Shown here: positions 38,379-47,800 of the stretch, piece after piece
Numbering within the stretch: position 1 is the first letter of the stretch
How the letters are laid out: every line of letters starts with the position of its first letter
NCBI GenBank assembly: GCA_965278995.1
Contig: OZ257136.1
Location: 1,777,458-1,841,457 of the forward strand
Source: Gammaproteobacteria bacterium
Lineage (GTDB): Bacteria > Pseudomonadota > Gammaproteobacteria > Ga0077536
Direction of reading: 5' to 3'
Length of the DNA stretch: 64,000 bases
Position numbers and translations under genes: made by a program
Notes under the pieces: generated by a model
Seen by the model: only the letters and a program-made list of their open reading frames with translations
What the model was told of the DNA's origin: nothing
Database searches by the model: none

Positions 38379-39115
38379 GCGCAAGCAGACCGTTTGCGGC
38401 AGTGCAGAAGACCCACGAGCAACGGCCCGGCAAGCACCAGTGCGCCAGGCAGCGGGACTGCGCTGACGGTCAGATAACTCGCGCCGGGGCTGTTCGAGTT
38501 ATTGAGAAATCCATGCAGAAACTCGTTGCCGGAAATGTCGTCGCTGCCCGTCAAGGCAATCGCGAAAGCGGTGTTGGCACCGCTGATCCAATCGTTGACG
38601 ATGCGCGACACATCGAAACTGACTGCACCGAATCCATCGACACTGGTCTGCGCAGCGGGATCTGCCGCAACGATGTAATCGTTGAAGAAAGTCAGCCAGT
38701 CTACCGGTCCACCGGGATTGGTATCGTCGGTAATGCTCAACAGCGGATTGGCTGTCACCGCATGCGCCGAAACCAGAAAAGGCGTCGTCGAATCGGCATC
38801 GGCGTTAAAGCCGCCCGCGACACTCTGCACAGTGAGCGTTGCACTGACCGGCCCGCTCAGACTCGCGATCGCCGCGCTGTCGAAGGTCAGGTAAATCGTT
38901 TCGGCGCCAGCGCCGCCAAACGGATTGTCGGTCGAAACGCGATGTACTGGCCGATTGTCGCCGGCGTATCCGCGTACACGATTGGTTCCGGTGAAGAACG
39001 ACGAGGTCATGACGTCTTGCTGGACGGCGATGACAGCTGCTGTCGCGCTGCTCGCGGCGCTCGCCAGCAGCAGGAAGCAAAGACCTTTAAGGGCTTTCGA
39101 TACTGCGTTGTTCAT
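38375..39115 (-). CDS. Exported protein (possibly DNRLRE-like beta-sandwich) with VPLP anchor signal
   Basis: ATG 39115 is ATGA-coupled to the upstream gene and is followed by a signal peptide. It contains VSFDVSRIVNDWISGANTAFAIALTG. The C-terminus is SAVPLPGALVLAGPLLVGLLHCRKR. Confidence 0.7.
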   Translation of the reverse strand: MNNAVSKALKGLCFLLLASAASSATAAVIAVQQDVMTSSFFTGTNRVRGYAGDNRPVHRVSTDNPFGGAGAETIYLTFDSAAIASLSGPVSATLTVQSVAGGFNADADSTTPFLVSAHAVTANPLLSITDDTNPGGPVDWLTFFNDYIVAADPAAQTSVDGFGAVSFDVSRIVNDWISGANTAFAIALTGSDDISGNEFLHGFLNNSNSPGASYLTVSAVPLPGALVLAGPLLVGLLHCRKRSACA

Positions 39116-39870
39116 GCAGTCTCCCCCCATCCCGCGCGGCGGCGCGCGATGCCAGCCAGGCCGGTCAGCAGCGCCGAGCCGAACAGCCAGGCAGCGGCCG
39201 GTACCGGGACAGCGGCGGGGCCGATATCCACAGCCGCTTGCGTGAATGACAAATGCGGACCGCCTTGCAGGACGAAGGAATAGCTCGCGGCAGCTGTCGG
39301 CAGCGTCCACGTGAATAACAGGTGTTCGAGCAGAACCGGGCCGAAGACCGAATTGAAGTCAGCCTCCTGGTAGGTGATGGTTTTGGAATCCCACTGCGCG
39401 CCGTTCAAGCTGACCGGCGCAATTGCGCCACCGAGACTGTCGAATTCAAGGGGCGTGCCCCAGGTCTCGGTCTGCAATGCGACGGTCACCGGCCCGTTTG
39501 CCGGCCCCTGGCTGCCATCGACCGTGATCGTAAAAATTTCAACGCCACTGAAGTTGTACAGATTGCCGGATCCTGCGACGAACGTGCCAGCGTTCCAGCC
39601 GAATGTCGCGGAAGGCGTACCCGACTTGCCGACATCGACTGGACGTGGGCTCGGGCCGCCCGTGAATTGATCCCATTCGGCCCAGGTCGTGCCGGCGGCG
39701 CCACGCGTCCAGCCGCCCCAGGTTACGCCGGCGTCGCTAGGCAGATCGAAGCCGAATCCGGCCGCGTAGGGATTGGGGCCGGTAGCAAAATCGGCCTGCG
39801 CAGTGCCGGCGACGAGCGCGAGCGCCAGGGTGGCCGTTGATGCGACCGTTGATCGATAGCTGATTGTCAT
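39112..39870 (-). CDS. Exported protein with VPLPA-CTERM-type sorting signal (family member C)
   Basis: ATG follows GAGGAG and is followed by the signal peptide ...AGTAQA/DF. The C-terminus is AAVPVPAAAWLFGSALLTGLAGIARRR. It is paralogous to members A and B. Confidence 0.8.
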   Translation of the reverse strand: MTISYRSTVASTATLALALVAGTAQADFATGPNPYAAGFGFDLPSDAGVTWGGWTRGAAGTTWAEWDQFTGGPSPRPVDVGKSGTPSATFGWNAGTFVAGSGNLYNFSGVEIFTITVDGSQGPANGPVTVALQTETWGTPLEFDSLGGAIAPVSLNGAQWDSKTITYQEADFNSVFGPVLLEHLLFTWTLPTAAASYSFVLQGGPHLSFTQAAVDIGPAAVPVPAAAWLFGSALLTGLAGIARRRAGWGETA

Positions 39871-39959
39871 CTCGTCATCTCCTCAAAGCTGAATTTTTTT
39901 ATGGACAGTTTCGTCGCGGTTATCTGACGGCATCGCGTACTTATCTGCTGTTAATTAAT

Positions 39960-39978
39960 CTAAATGATAATCCTTATC
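39960..39978. promoter_or_regulatory. Fur box
   Basis: CTAAATGATAATCCTTATC matches 15/19 of the consensus, with the core AATGATAATCxTTATCATT. It is AT-rich and lies about 90 nt upstream of the gene starting at 39870. Confidence 0.75.
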
Positions 39979-40059
39979 ATTAGCAATAAGTGCGTTATGT
40001 GGAATTTCGGCGGGTTGGCTGGCGCTCGCCCAAACTCACAGCGCCATGATTTCCTCTTG

Positions 40060-40080
40060 CAGTATTTTCAGTATTTACTG
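40060..40080. promoter_or_regulatory. Repeat/palindrome, candidate operator upstream of the GbsR-like gene
   Basis: CAGTATTTTCAGTATTTACTG is a direct repeat of CAGTATTT that also forms the palindrome CAGTA...TACTG. It lies about 40 nt upstream of ATG 40121. Confidence 0.35.
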
Positions 40081-40120
40081 TAAATTCATCACGCCTTGTA
40101 GATAGCTCGCTTGATCGGCC

Positions 40121-40699
40121 ATGAACCTCACGCCACTGACGCAGAATTTCGTCCTCCACTTCGGTGAAATGGGTAGCCGCTGGGGCATCAATCGAACGGT
40201 CGGACAAATCTACGCGCTGCTCTACGTCGCCGAGCAGCCATTGAATGCCGACGACATTGCCGGCGCGCTGGGTTTCTCACGCTCGAACGTGAGCATGGGT
40301 TTGAAGGAATTGGAGTCCTGGCGCCTGACACGCGTACAGCACCTGCCGAATGATCGGCGCGAATATTTTTCTGCACCCGAAGATGTGTGGACGATTTTCC
40401 GCACACTGGCCGACGAACGCCGCAAACGGGAAATCGACCCAACTTTGTCGCTGCTGCGCACGTCACTGATGAGTGAGGCCACCACGCCGGCCGAGCAGCA
40501 TGCGCAGAGTCGCATGCGCGAAATGCATCAGCTCATCGAACTCGTCACGCTATGGTTCGACGAGATTCGGAGACTCGAACCCGAGACACTCGTGCAATTA
40601 ATGCAAATGGGTTCAAAAGTCACACGCCTGCTCGAATTCAAGGACCGCCTGAAAGGCGTTACCACCCGGAAGTCCGGACCTGCGGCCGCCGACTCATGA
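40121..40699 (+). CDS. GbsR/MarR-family transcriptional regulator
   Basis: It has an ATG start and the winged-HTH region GINRTVGQIYALLYVAEQPLNADDIAGALGFSRSNVSMGLKELESW. Confidence 0.82.
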   Translation: MNLTPLTQNFVLHFGEMGSRWGINRTVGQIYALLYVAEQPLNADDIAGALGFSRSNVSMGLKELESWRLTRVQHLPNDRREYFSAPEDVWTIFRTLADERRKREIDPTLSLLRTSLMSEATTPAEQHAQSRMREMHQLIELVTLWFDEIRRLEPETLVQLMQMGSKVTRLLEFKDRLKGVTTRKSGPAAADS

Positions 40700-40715
40700 G
40701 CGTGAGGTAGTTGCC

Positions 40716-42083
40716 ATGCATGCCCTCGACCCCGTCTTGCTAGCACGTGCGCAATTCGGCGCAAACATCACCTTTCACATACTATTTCCGACCATTTCTA
40801 TCGCCCTGACCTGGATCCTGCTGTATTTCAAGCTGCGCTATAACGCATCGCTCAGGCGTGGTGACCCGCAGGCTTCGGTCTGGCGCGAAGCCTACCGTTA
40901 CTGGGTCAAAGTTTTCGCACTGACATTCGCACTCGGTGTTGTCTCCGGTGTGACCGTGAGTTTTCAATTCGGCACCAACTGGCCCGGCTACATGGAAACG
41001 GTCGGCAATATTGCCGGGCCATTGCTGGCTTACGAAGTGTTGACGGCATTTTTTCTGGAAGCGACGTTTCTCGCCATCATGTTGTTCGGCGCACGTCGCG
41101 TGTCGAATCGCCTGCACACGCTTGCCACACTGCTCGTAGCCATTGGCACGACGCTGTCGGCGTTCTGGATCCTGGCTTTGAATTCGTGGATGCAGACGCC
41201 CGCGGGATTCACCCTCATCGACGGTCGCGCTCACGCGACCGACTGGGTTGCCGTGATCTTCAACCCGTCGTTCCCGTATCGTTTGACGCACATGCTGCTC
41301 GCCTCAGGGCTCACCACGGCTTTCCTGATTGCCGGCATTTCTGCTTACCGGATTCTCCGCGGTGACCGCGCCGCCGAGGTCCAGATGACATTGCGCACCG
41401 GCATCTATCTCGCCGCGCTGCTGATCCCATTGCAGATCGTAGCCGGCGATATGCACGGTCTGAACACCCTCGAATATCAACCGGCGAAAGTCGCGGCGAT
41501 GGAAGGCATCTGGGAAACAGCGCGTGGCGTACCTGTGCTGCTGTTCGCCCTGCCCGACGGCGTTGCGCGCCGTAATGATTACGAACTCGGCATAACTGGC
41601 GGTGCCAGCCTCGTCCTGACGCACGACCGCAATGGTGAGGTACGCGGGTTGAACGAATTCCGCGATGCGCACCCTCCGGTATTCGCGCTGTTCTGGGCGT
41701 TTCGCGTCATGGTCGGCACCGGTCTGTTGATGCTGGCAGTGTCGTGGCTGGCAAGTTGGCACCTCAAACGCACAGGTGAACTTGCACCATGGCTCTGCCG
41801 CGTTCTCGTTGCCATGACGTTTGCTGGTTGGGTCGCCACTGTCGCCGGCTGGTACGTCACCGAGATTGGGCGCCAACCGTATCTGGTCTACGGTGTACTA
41901 CGAACAGCGGACGCTGCCTCCAGCGTGCCTGCCGGCATGATTGCTACGACACTGGCGATGTACCTGATCCTGTACCTCGGTTTGCTGGTTGCATACGTAT
42001 TGGTCTTGTTTCATCTCGCGCGAAAAGCTGACACCGGACTGCTTGCCCATGACAGCATCGTCGCTCCCGCAGGGAGCGCGTGA
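40716..42083 (+). CDS. cydA: Cytochrome bd-type quinol oxidase subunit I (short Q-loop, CIO-like)
   Basis: ATG follows GAGG. Motifs ARAQFGANITFHILFP and GWYVTEIGRQPY fit CydA. At 455 aa it is shorter than long-Q-loop CydA proteins. Confidence 0.9.
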   Translation: MHALDPVLLARAQFGANITFHILFPTISIALTWILLYFKLRYNASLRRGDPQASVWREAYRYWVKVFALTFALGVVSGVTVSFQFGTNWPGYMETVGNIAGPLLAYEVLTAFFLEATFLAIMLFGARRVSNRLHTLATLLVAIGTTLSAFWILALNSWMQTPAGFTLIDGRAHATDWVAVIFNPSFPYRLTHMLLASGLTTAFLIAGISAYRILRGDRAAEVQMTLRTGIYLAALLIPLQIVAGDMHGLNTLEYQPAKVAAMEGIWETARGVPVLLFALPDGVARRNDYELGITGGASLVLTHDRNGEVRGLNEFRDAHPPVFALFWAFRVMVGTGLLMLAVSWLASWHLKRTGELAPWLCRVLVAMTFAGWVATVAGWYVTEIGRQPYLVYGVLRTADAASSVPAGMIATTLAMYLILYLGLLVAYVLVLFHLARKADTGLLAHDSIVAPAGSA

Positions 42084-42087
42084 CGCC

Positions 42088-43107
42088 ATGGAGTATCTCG
42101 CTGACGGCCGCTGGTTACCGCTGGTCTTTCTGGCGCTGATGGGATTGGCCATGCTCGCGTACGTCGTTCTCGACGGTTACGATCTGGGTGTCGGTATCCT
42201 GTTCGCGCAGGCGGACGACGCGCAAAAAGACATCATGATTGCGAGCATCGGCCCGTTCTGGGATGCCAATGAAACCTGGCTCGTGCTGGGTATCGGCATA
42301 TTGCTGGTTGCGTTTCCGCTGGCGCACGGCGTCATCCTGACATCGCTCTATCTGCCTGTTGCATTAATGTTGGCGGGATTGATCGCGCGAGGCGTCGCTT
42401 TCGATTTCCGCGTCAAAGCCGCCGCTGGCTACAAACCGGCATGGGATAGTGCTTTCCATCTTGGTTCAGTCGTCGCCAGTTTCGCGCAGGGATTGATGCT
42501 CGGCCTTTACATAATCGGCTTTCGTCATGGTTGGGGGCCATATCTCTTCGCGCTGTTTACGGGCTGCGCACTGCTGGCCGGCTATACGCTACTCGGCGCG
42601 ACCTGGTTGATCATGAAAACTGAAGCTGAACTGCAGCTCCGTGCCATCGCCTGGGCACGCCGCAGCATGTGGCTGACCGGCGCCGGCATCGCGGCCGTTT
42701 CGGTGGTCACGCCGCTGGTCAGTTCACGCATTTTCGATAAATGGTTTGCGTTCGACAATTTCTTGGTGCTGTTACCGATACCGGCTGCAACCGCGTTGTT
42801 GTTCGCCATCGTCCTGCGCAGCCTGAAGCGAATTCAGCTGCAGTTGATAGTGGGTAACGAGCACGGCGCGTGGATCCCATTTGCCGGTGCCACAGGGATA
42901 TTCATTCTCGCTTTCTGCGGCCTTGCGTACAGCATGTTCCCCTACCTGGTGGTCGATCGCATCGACATCTGGCAAGCCGCGAGCGCGCCCGAATCTCTGA
43001 AAGTCATTTTAGTCGGCGCCGCTATCGTGCTCCCAGCCATCCTGGGTTACACCGCGTTTGCTTATCGTGTTTTCCGCGGCAAAGCGCGCGAACTGCACTA
43101 CGACTGA
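42088..43107 (+). CDS. cydB: Cytochrome bd-type quinol oxidase subunit II
   Basis: I used the internal ATG 42088, which lies 4 nt after the cydA stop. It has YVVLDGYDLGVGIL and FWDANETWLV. Confidence 0.9.
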   Translation: MEYLADGRWLPLVFLALMGLAMLAYVVLDGYDLGVGILFAQADDAQKDIMIASIGPFWDANETWLVLGIGILLVAFPLAHGVILTSLYLPVALMLAGLIARGVAFDFRVKAAAGYKPAWDSAFHLGSVVASFAQGLMLGLYIIGFRHGWGPYLFALFTGCALLAGYTLLGATWLIMKTEAELQLRAIAWARRSMWLTGAGIAAVSVVTPLVSSRIFDKWFAFDNFLVLLPIPAATALLFAIVLRSLKRIQLQLIVGNEHGAWIPFAGATGIFILAFCGLAYSMFPYLVVDRIDIWQAASAPESLKVILVGAAIVLPAILGYTAFAYRVFRGKARELHYD

Positions 43108-43113
43108 GAAGCG

Positions 43114-43554
43114 TCAAACAGGACCGTGACCTTTGATATAAGTCTCGAGATATTCGATGTGCGTTTCCTGCTCGCGTATCGTTGCTTTGACGACGTCGCC
43201 GATAGAGATCATGCCAACCACGCCGCCATTTTCCAGCACCGGGAGGTGACGGATGTCGCGCACCGTCATTTCTTGCATGCAATCCTCCAGACGCTGCGTC
43301 GGTTCGATGGTGATGACATCGCGGGTCATGATTTCGCCGACTTTGACTTCAGTCGCCTTGAGTCCTGGCAGCGCCACCTTGATCGCGCAATCACGCTCAG
43401 AAACGATGCCGACCAGCTGATCGCCGCTCGTCACCATCAACGCGCCGATACGATGTTCGGCCAGTAGCTGCAGAGCGAGGTGCACGCTGTCATCAGCGGA
43501 TACGACGAAGCGCCGCGCGGGTTTGGCGGCAAGAATATTGCGAACGGTGACCAT
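43114..43554 (-). CDS. CBS-domain pair protein
   Basis: I used the internal ATG 43554. There are two CBS repeats (GALMV...LVGIVSERD and RHLPVLENGGVVGMISIGD). Confidence 0.85.
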   Translation of the reverse strand: MVTVRNILAAKPARRFVVSADDSVHLALQLLAEHRIGALMVTSGDQLVGIVSERDCAIKVALPGLKATEVKVGEIMTRDVITIEPTQRLEDCMQEMTVRDIRHLPVLENGGVVGMISIGDVVKATIREQETHIEYLETYIKGHGPV

Positions 43555-43683
43555 GACGGGATCCTTGTGCTGGCAACGGGAAATCATGCGCCCGCGCCGC
43601 AACGAGACCCGCACGGGCATCGTCAGACTAGCGATTGTTTGAGCACCTTGGCATACGGATAAGCTACGTATGACCAGCTGCGT

Positions 43684-44679
43684 TCACGCTGTATTGAAAT
43701 AGCTCCCGGCGCCGCGCAGGCAACGCTCGGTTTGTGCCAGCAGACGCTCGACGATGGTAGCCGCGCTCCACTGCCCGTCAACCAGATCGACTGCTTCGCC
43801 GACGATGACCGGTGCCCGGTTGATGTCGCCGGCAGCCACCGCACACGCGAAGGCGGCACGCTCCTCGATGAGTGTACTGTCGAGACCGTCAGCTGAATCC
43901 GGCCAACGCGCGGTGGTCTCGTTGACGAGTGTTCGCAGTGCATAGCCCGGCGGCCAGTCCCAGCCGCGCAGGCGATCGAACACCGCGCCGCGCACGGTGG
44001 TGTCGCCAGATGCAGTTACGGCGGCAGCCTTGGCCTGAACTGAGGCCAGCGACTCGATGGCGCTATAAAACGCCGTCCCGACCACTACACCAGCGGCACC
44101 GAGCATCAGCGCGGCAGCGCAACCGCGACCATCGGCAATGCCGCCGGCAGCAAGTACCGGCAGAGGATCGACCGCGTCGACCACGGCCGGAACCAGGGCA
44201 AGCGTGCCGCGCGTGCCGCCGTGGCCGCCGGCTTCGCCACCTTGCGCGATGACGACGTCGACACCGGCAGCGACAGCGGATCGCGCCTGGGCAACGCTTT
44301 GCACCTGGGCCAGGCACAGCGCGCCGGCTGCTCTGATCCTGCCGACATAGGGCTCGAGCGGTCCGAACGACAGCCACACGGCGGCCGGGCGTTGACTCAA
44401 CGCGAGATCGAGTGCATCTGCTACTTGCGCCAGTCGCCAGGTGATGAACCCGACGCCGACTCGCGCAGATCCTGCCGCCTTGAATTCGCGTTCGACCCAG
44501 GATAGGTCGGCATAGCCGCCGCCAATCAGTCCAAGTCCGCCGGCGGCGGTCATCGCAGCGGCGAGTCGTCCGCCGGCAACGCCCGCCATCGGAGCCAGCA
44601 CCAATGGATGACGGATGCCTGCCAGTGTCGTAAATGGCGTCGTGATCACGGTCAACCTCGCGTTGCAGACTGAAGCCAC
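43684..44679 (-). CDS. Nitronate monooxygenase (NMO / 2-nitropropane dioxygenase family)
   Basis: Motifs PLVLAPMAGV, AQGGEAGGHGG and AAGGIADG fit the family. The start codon is GTG. Confidence 0.85.
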   Translation of the reverse strand: MASVCNARLTVITTPFTTLAGIRHPLVLAPMAGVAGGRLAAAMTAAGGLGLIGGGYADLSWVEREFKAAGSARVGVGFITWRLAQVADALDLALSQRPAAVWLSFGPLEPYVGRIRAAGALCLAQVQSVAQARSAVAAGVDVVIAQGGEAGGHGGTRGTLALVPAVVDAVDPLPVLAAGGIADGRGCAAALMLGAAGVVVGTAFYSAIESLASVQAKAAAVTASGDTTVRGAVFDRLRGWDWPPGYALRTLVNETTARWPDSADGLDSTLIEERAAFACAVAAGDINRAPVIVGEAVDLVDGQWSAATIVERLLAQTERCLRGAGSYFNTA

Positions 44680-44874
44680 AGCGGCAGCGTCCCTGTCGAT
44701 GATTGTACGCGGTCGACGTTTGGTGGGTTGCGGTCCGTTCGGCCTATACTTCAGGAATACTGGCCAGCGTCGACATAGGTTAGCTGTTGCCAGCTCATCA
44801 GTGGTGCGTCAACGCCTGCCCTGTCACGATGCCGACGCGCCGCGCGCGGATGAATTGTTGAGGACGCCTACGCG

Positions 44875-47800
44875 ATGTCGGCAAGACTGCCCCACGATAT
44901 TTCCCAGGAGATGGTTCGGGAGCCTCTGCTCAGCGCGGGCGATGCACTGCTGATCGCCGCGTTTGCGGCGAGCTCCGATGGCGTCATCATTCTCGACGTC
45001 GATCTCCGAGTCGCCCGCATGAACCCGGCTGCAGTCACCGTGACTGGTTGGGACGAAGCTGCGGCACTGGGACGCTGGTGGCACGAAATCATCGAGTGCA
45101 CATCGCTCGCGGAAGCCGCTGCATCGAGGCCGCCGGAAGGCCCGCCTGAACCTGGGACCTGGCAACTGGACCTGCGTCATCGTAGCGGGCGCCACCTCAA
45201 ACTCATGGCCAGATTCGAGCAAGTACGCGATACCCATGGCGAAGCTGTACTCGCAACGCTTGTCACTTTGCTCCGACACGAGCCGGCACTGGCACTGCAA
45301 TCGGCACTCGACCGCAGCGAACAGCGCCTGCACATCGCACTCGAAAGTGGCCAGGTCGGACTGTGGGAATGGCATGCAGCGACCGATACGTTCCGTGAAT
45401 ATGGTGCCTGGGTCGGTCGAACGGCGCACACCGTGCACGGTGGTTCCTGCACCGGCCGCGACCTGCTCGCGCACACCCACCCCGATGACGTCGGTGCCGT
45501 CAGCGCTGCGTTGCTCGCCCATCTGCGCGGTGAATGCGCGACCTATGAAGTTGAGCAACGCGTACGACTGGTCAATGGCGGCTATGTGTACTTCCTTGCG
45601 CGCGGCCAGACCGTCGAGCGTGACGCCAACGGCAAATCCTTGCGACTGATCGGTACGTATACCGAAATCGGCGCGCTGAAAGCACAAGCTCAACGTTTGA
45701 AAATCGCACTCGAGAACGGTCACGAAGGTCTGTGGGAATGGGAACCGGACGCCGGCCAGATAACCTTTTCTCCCGAATGGTATGCGATGCTCGGTTACCC
45801 CGAAGGATCCTTGCGCGATGCACGTGGCGAATGCACAGACATCGTTCACCCCCACGATCGTCAACCGGCGATCGAGGCACTGCTGCCGATGCTGAGAGGC
45901 GAGTGCGACGATTTTCAGGTTGAACAGCGTTATCGTCATCACGACGGCCACTATCTCTATCTGCTGTCGCGTGGCAGTGTGCTCGAACGAAGTGCCGAGG
46001 GGCGCGTGCTGCGCGTACTCGGTACGCACGTTGACATCACGACGTTGAAAGAGACCCAGGCTCGCCTGATCGAATCGCGCGGTCTGCTCGAAACCGTCAT
46101 CGACGCGTTCCCGCAGCGCGTGTTCTGGAAAGATCTCGACAACCGTTATCTCGGCGGCAACCACCGTTTCGCCTACGACGCCGGGTTGGCCGGCGCCGAT
46201 GAACTCGCCGGACGTCATATTGAGGATCTCGGCTGGCCCGAGGCTGTCGACCGTTACATCGAAGATGACCGGCGCCTGACTACCGGACTGGAACAGAAGA
46301 TCGTCGTCGAACGCGCCTTCCAGCCGATACGCGGCGATGCGTTCTGGTGCGAGACAACCAAAGTCGCGCTGCGCGGACCGGACGGCGCCGTCACCGGCAT
46401 CCTCGGCATGTACGACGACGTCAGCAACCGACGGCAGCGAGAACGACAGCTGGAGGTCGTCGCCAATGCGCTGACCAGCGGAAGCCAGAGTCGCTTGCTC
46501 AACGCGTTAACTCGCGCTGCGGCGGAACTGGCCGACGCTGATTACGCCTTTGTCGCGCGACTTCATGAAAAGAACGGCGAGGCGACGGTCACTGCCTGCT
46601 ATCCCTCGCGCAAGCCGCTCAGGAACTGGACCTATAGCGTGGCTGGTACGCCGTGCGCATTTACCGTGGGGCGAAACCGCGGTTATTTTGTCCGCGATAT
46701 ACGTGCGCAGTTTACCGAATCTGAATTGCGCGACCGGCTACAGGTTGCGGCCTACGCCGGCCAGCAACTAAAAACTCCAGATGGGCAGGTCATCGGTATT
46801 TTCGCCCTGCTCTTCAAGCAATCGCCACCTGACGAGGATCGCGTGCGCGCAGTGCTCGATATCTTTGCCGCCCGCGCCACTGCCGAACTCGACCGAGAAC
46901 GAACGCATGCCGATCTGCTAGCGAGCGAAAGGCGCCTGAATGCGGCGATGGCGAGCGGCAATCAGGGCATCTGGGAATGGGAGCTGGACAGCGATCAATT
47001 TACGACCATGGGCGCGCATTTCCTGGCACTGGGCTATGACGGCGCTCCGCGTTCCACGACCGGCATCCTGGTCTCAGATCGCATTCATCCCGACGATCGC
47101 ACGTTCATGCTTGAAGCGCTCCACGCCTACTTCCGTGGTACGCAGGCCACCTACGAGCGCGAAGTGCGCATGCGCGATGCCGGCGGCACCTACCACTGGA
47201 CACTCATCCGCGGCGAGGCCTGCGAGCGCGATAGCGCGGGTCGTGTAACGCGCATGATCGGTACGCATACCGACATCTCCGCACTCAAGGCCGTACAGTC
47301 CGCGCTGGAGCGATCGCAGGACTTCCTGGAACTGATTATTGACACGGTTCCGCAAGCGATATTCTGGCAGGATCGCGACTTTCGCTACCTGGGTTGCAAT
47401 GAGCGTTTCGCGGCCATGGCCGGCGTAGCGCGACCGGAGGACATCGTCGGTAAACGGGATGCCGAACTGTGGTGGGCTGAGAGCTCGGCCAGTTTCATTA
47501 CCGCCGATCTGCCATTGCTGGCCGGAACACTCCCTTATCTGCAGGTCGAGACCCGGCTGTCCGACACTCTCGGCGGGACGCAGTGGGCAGAATTGATCAA
47601 AGTGCCGATGCGCGACAGCGCCGGTACCATCATCGGCCTGCTCGGTGCTATACACGACATCTCGGCGCGCAAGGAAGCACAGGACCGCGCGCAACATCTG
47701 GCCTTGTACGACCCGCTGACCAATCTGCCGAACCGACGCTATTTCACCGATCGATTGGAGGCGAGTCTGGCCGCCGCGACGCGTCATGGCACGACCGGCG

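Noticed and set aside
23600-40000. The uptake region as a horizontally acquired genomic island
   Set aside because: I see no integrase, transposase, flanking tRNA or direct repeats. Base composition looks like that of the flanks except at the short AT-rich operator sites.
43108-43113. A small cydX-like subunit gene after cydB
   Set aside because: Only 6 nt separate the cydB stop from the convergent CBS gene, so there is no room for a small ORF.
44824-46218. 464-aa minus-strand ORF
   Set aside because: It is antisense to the PAS region of the GGDEF-EAL gene. It is a shadow ORF.
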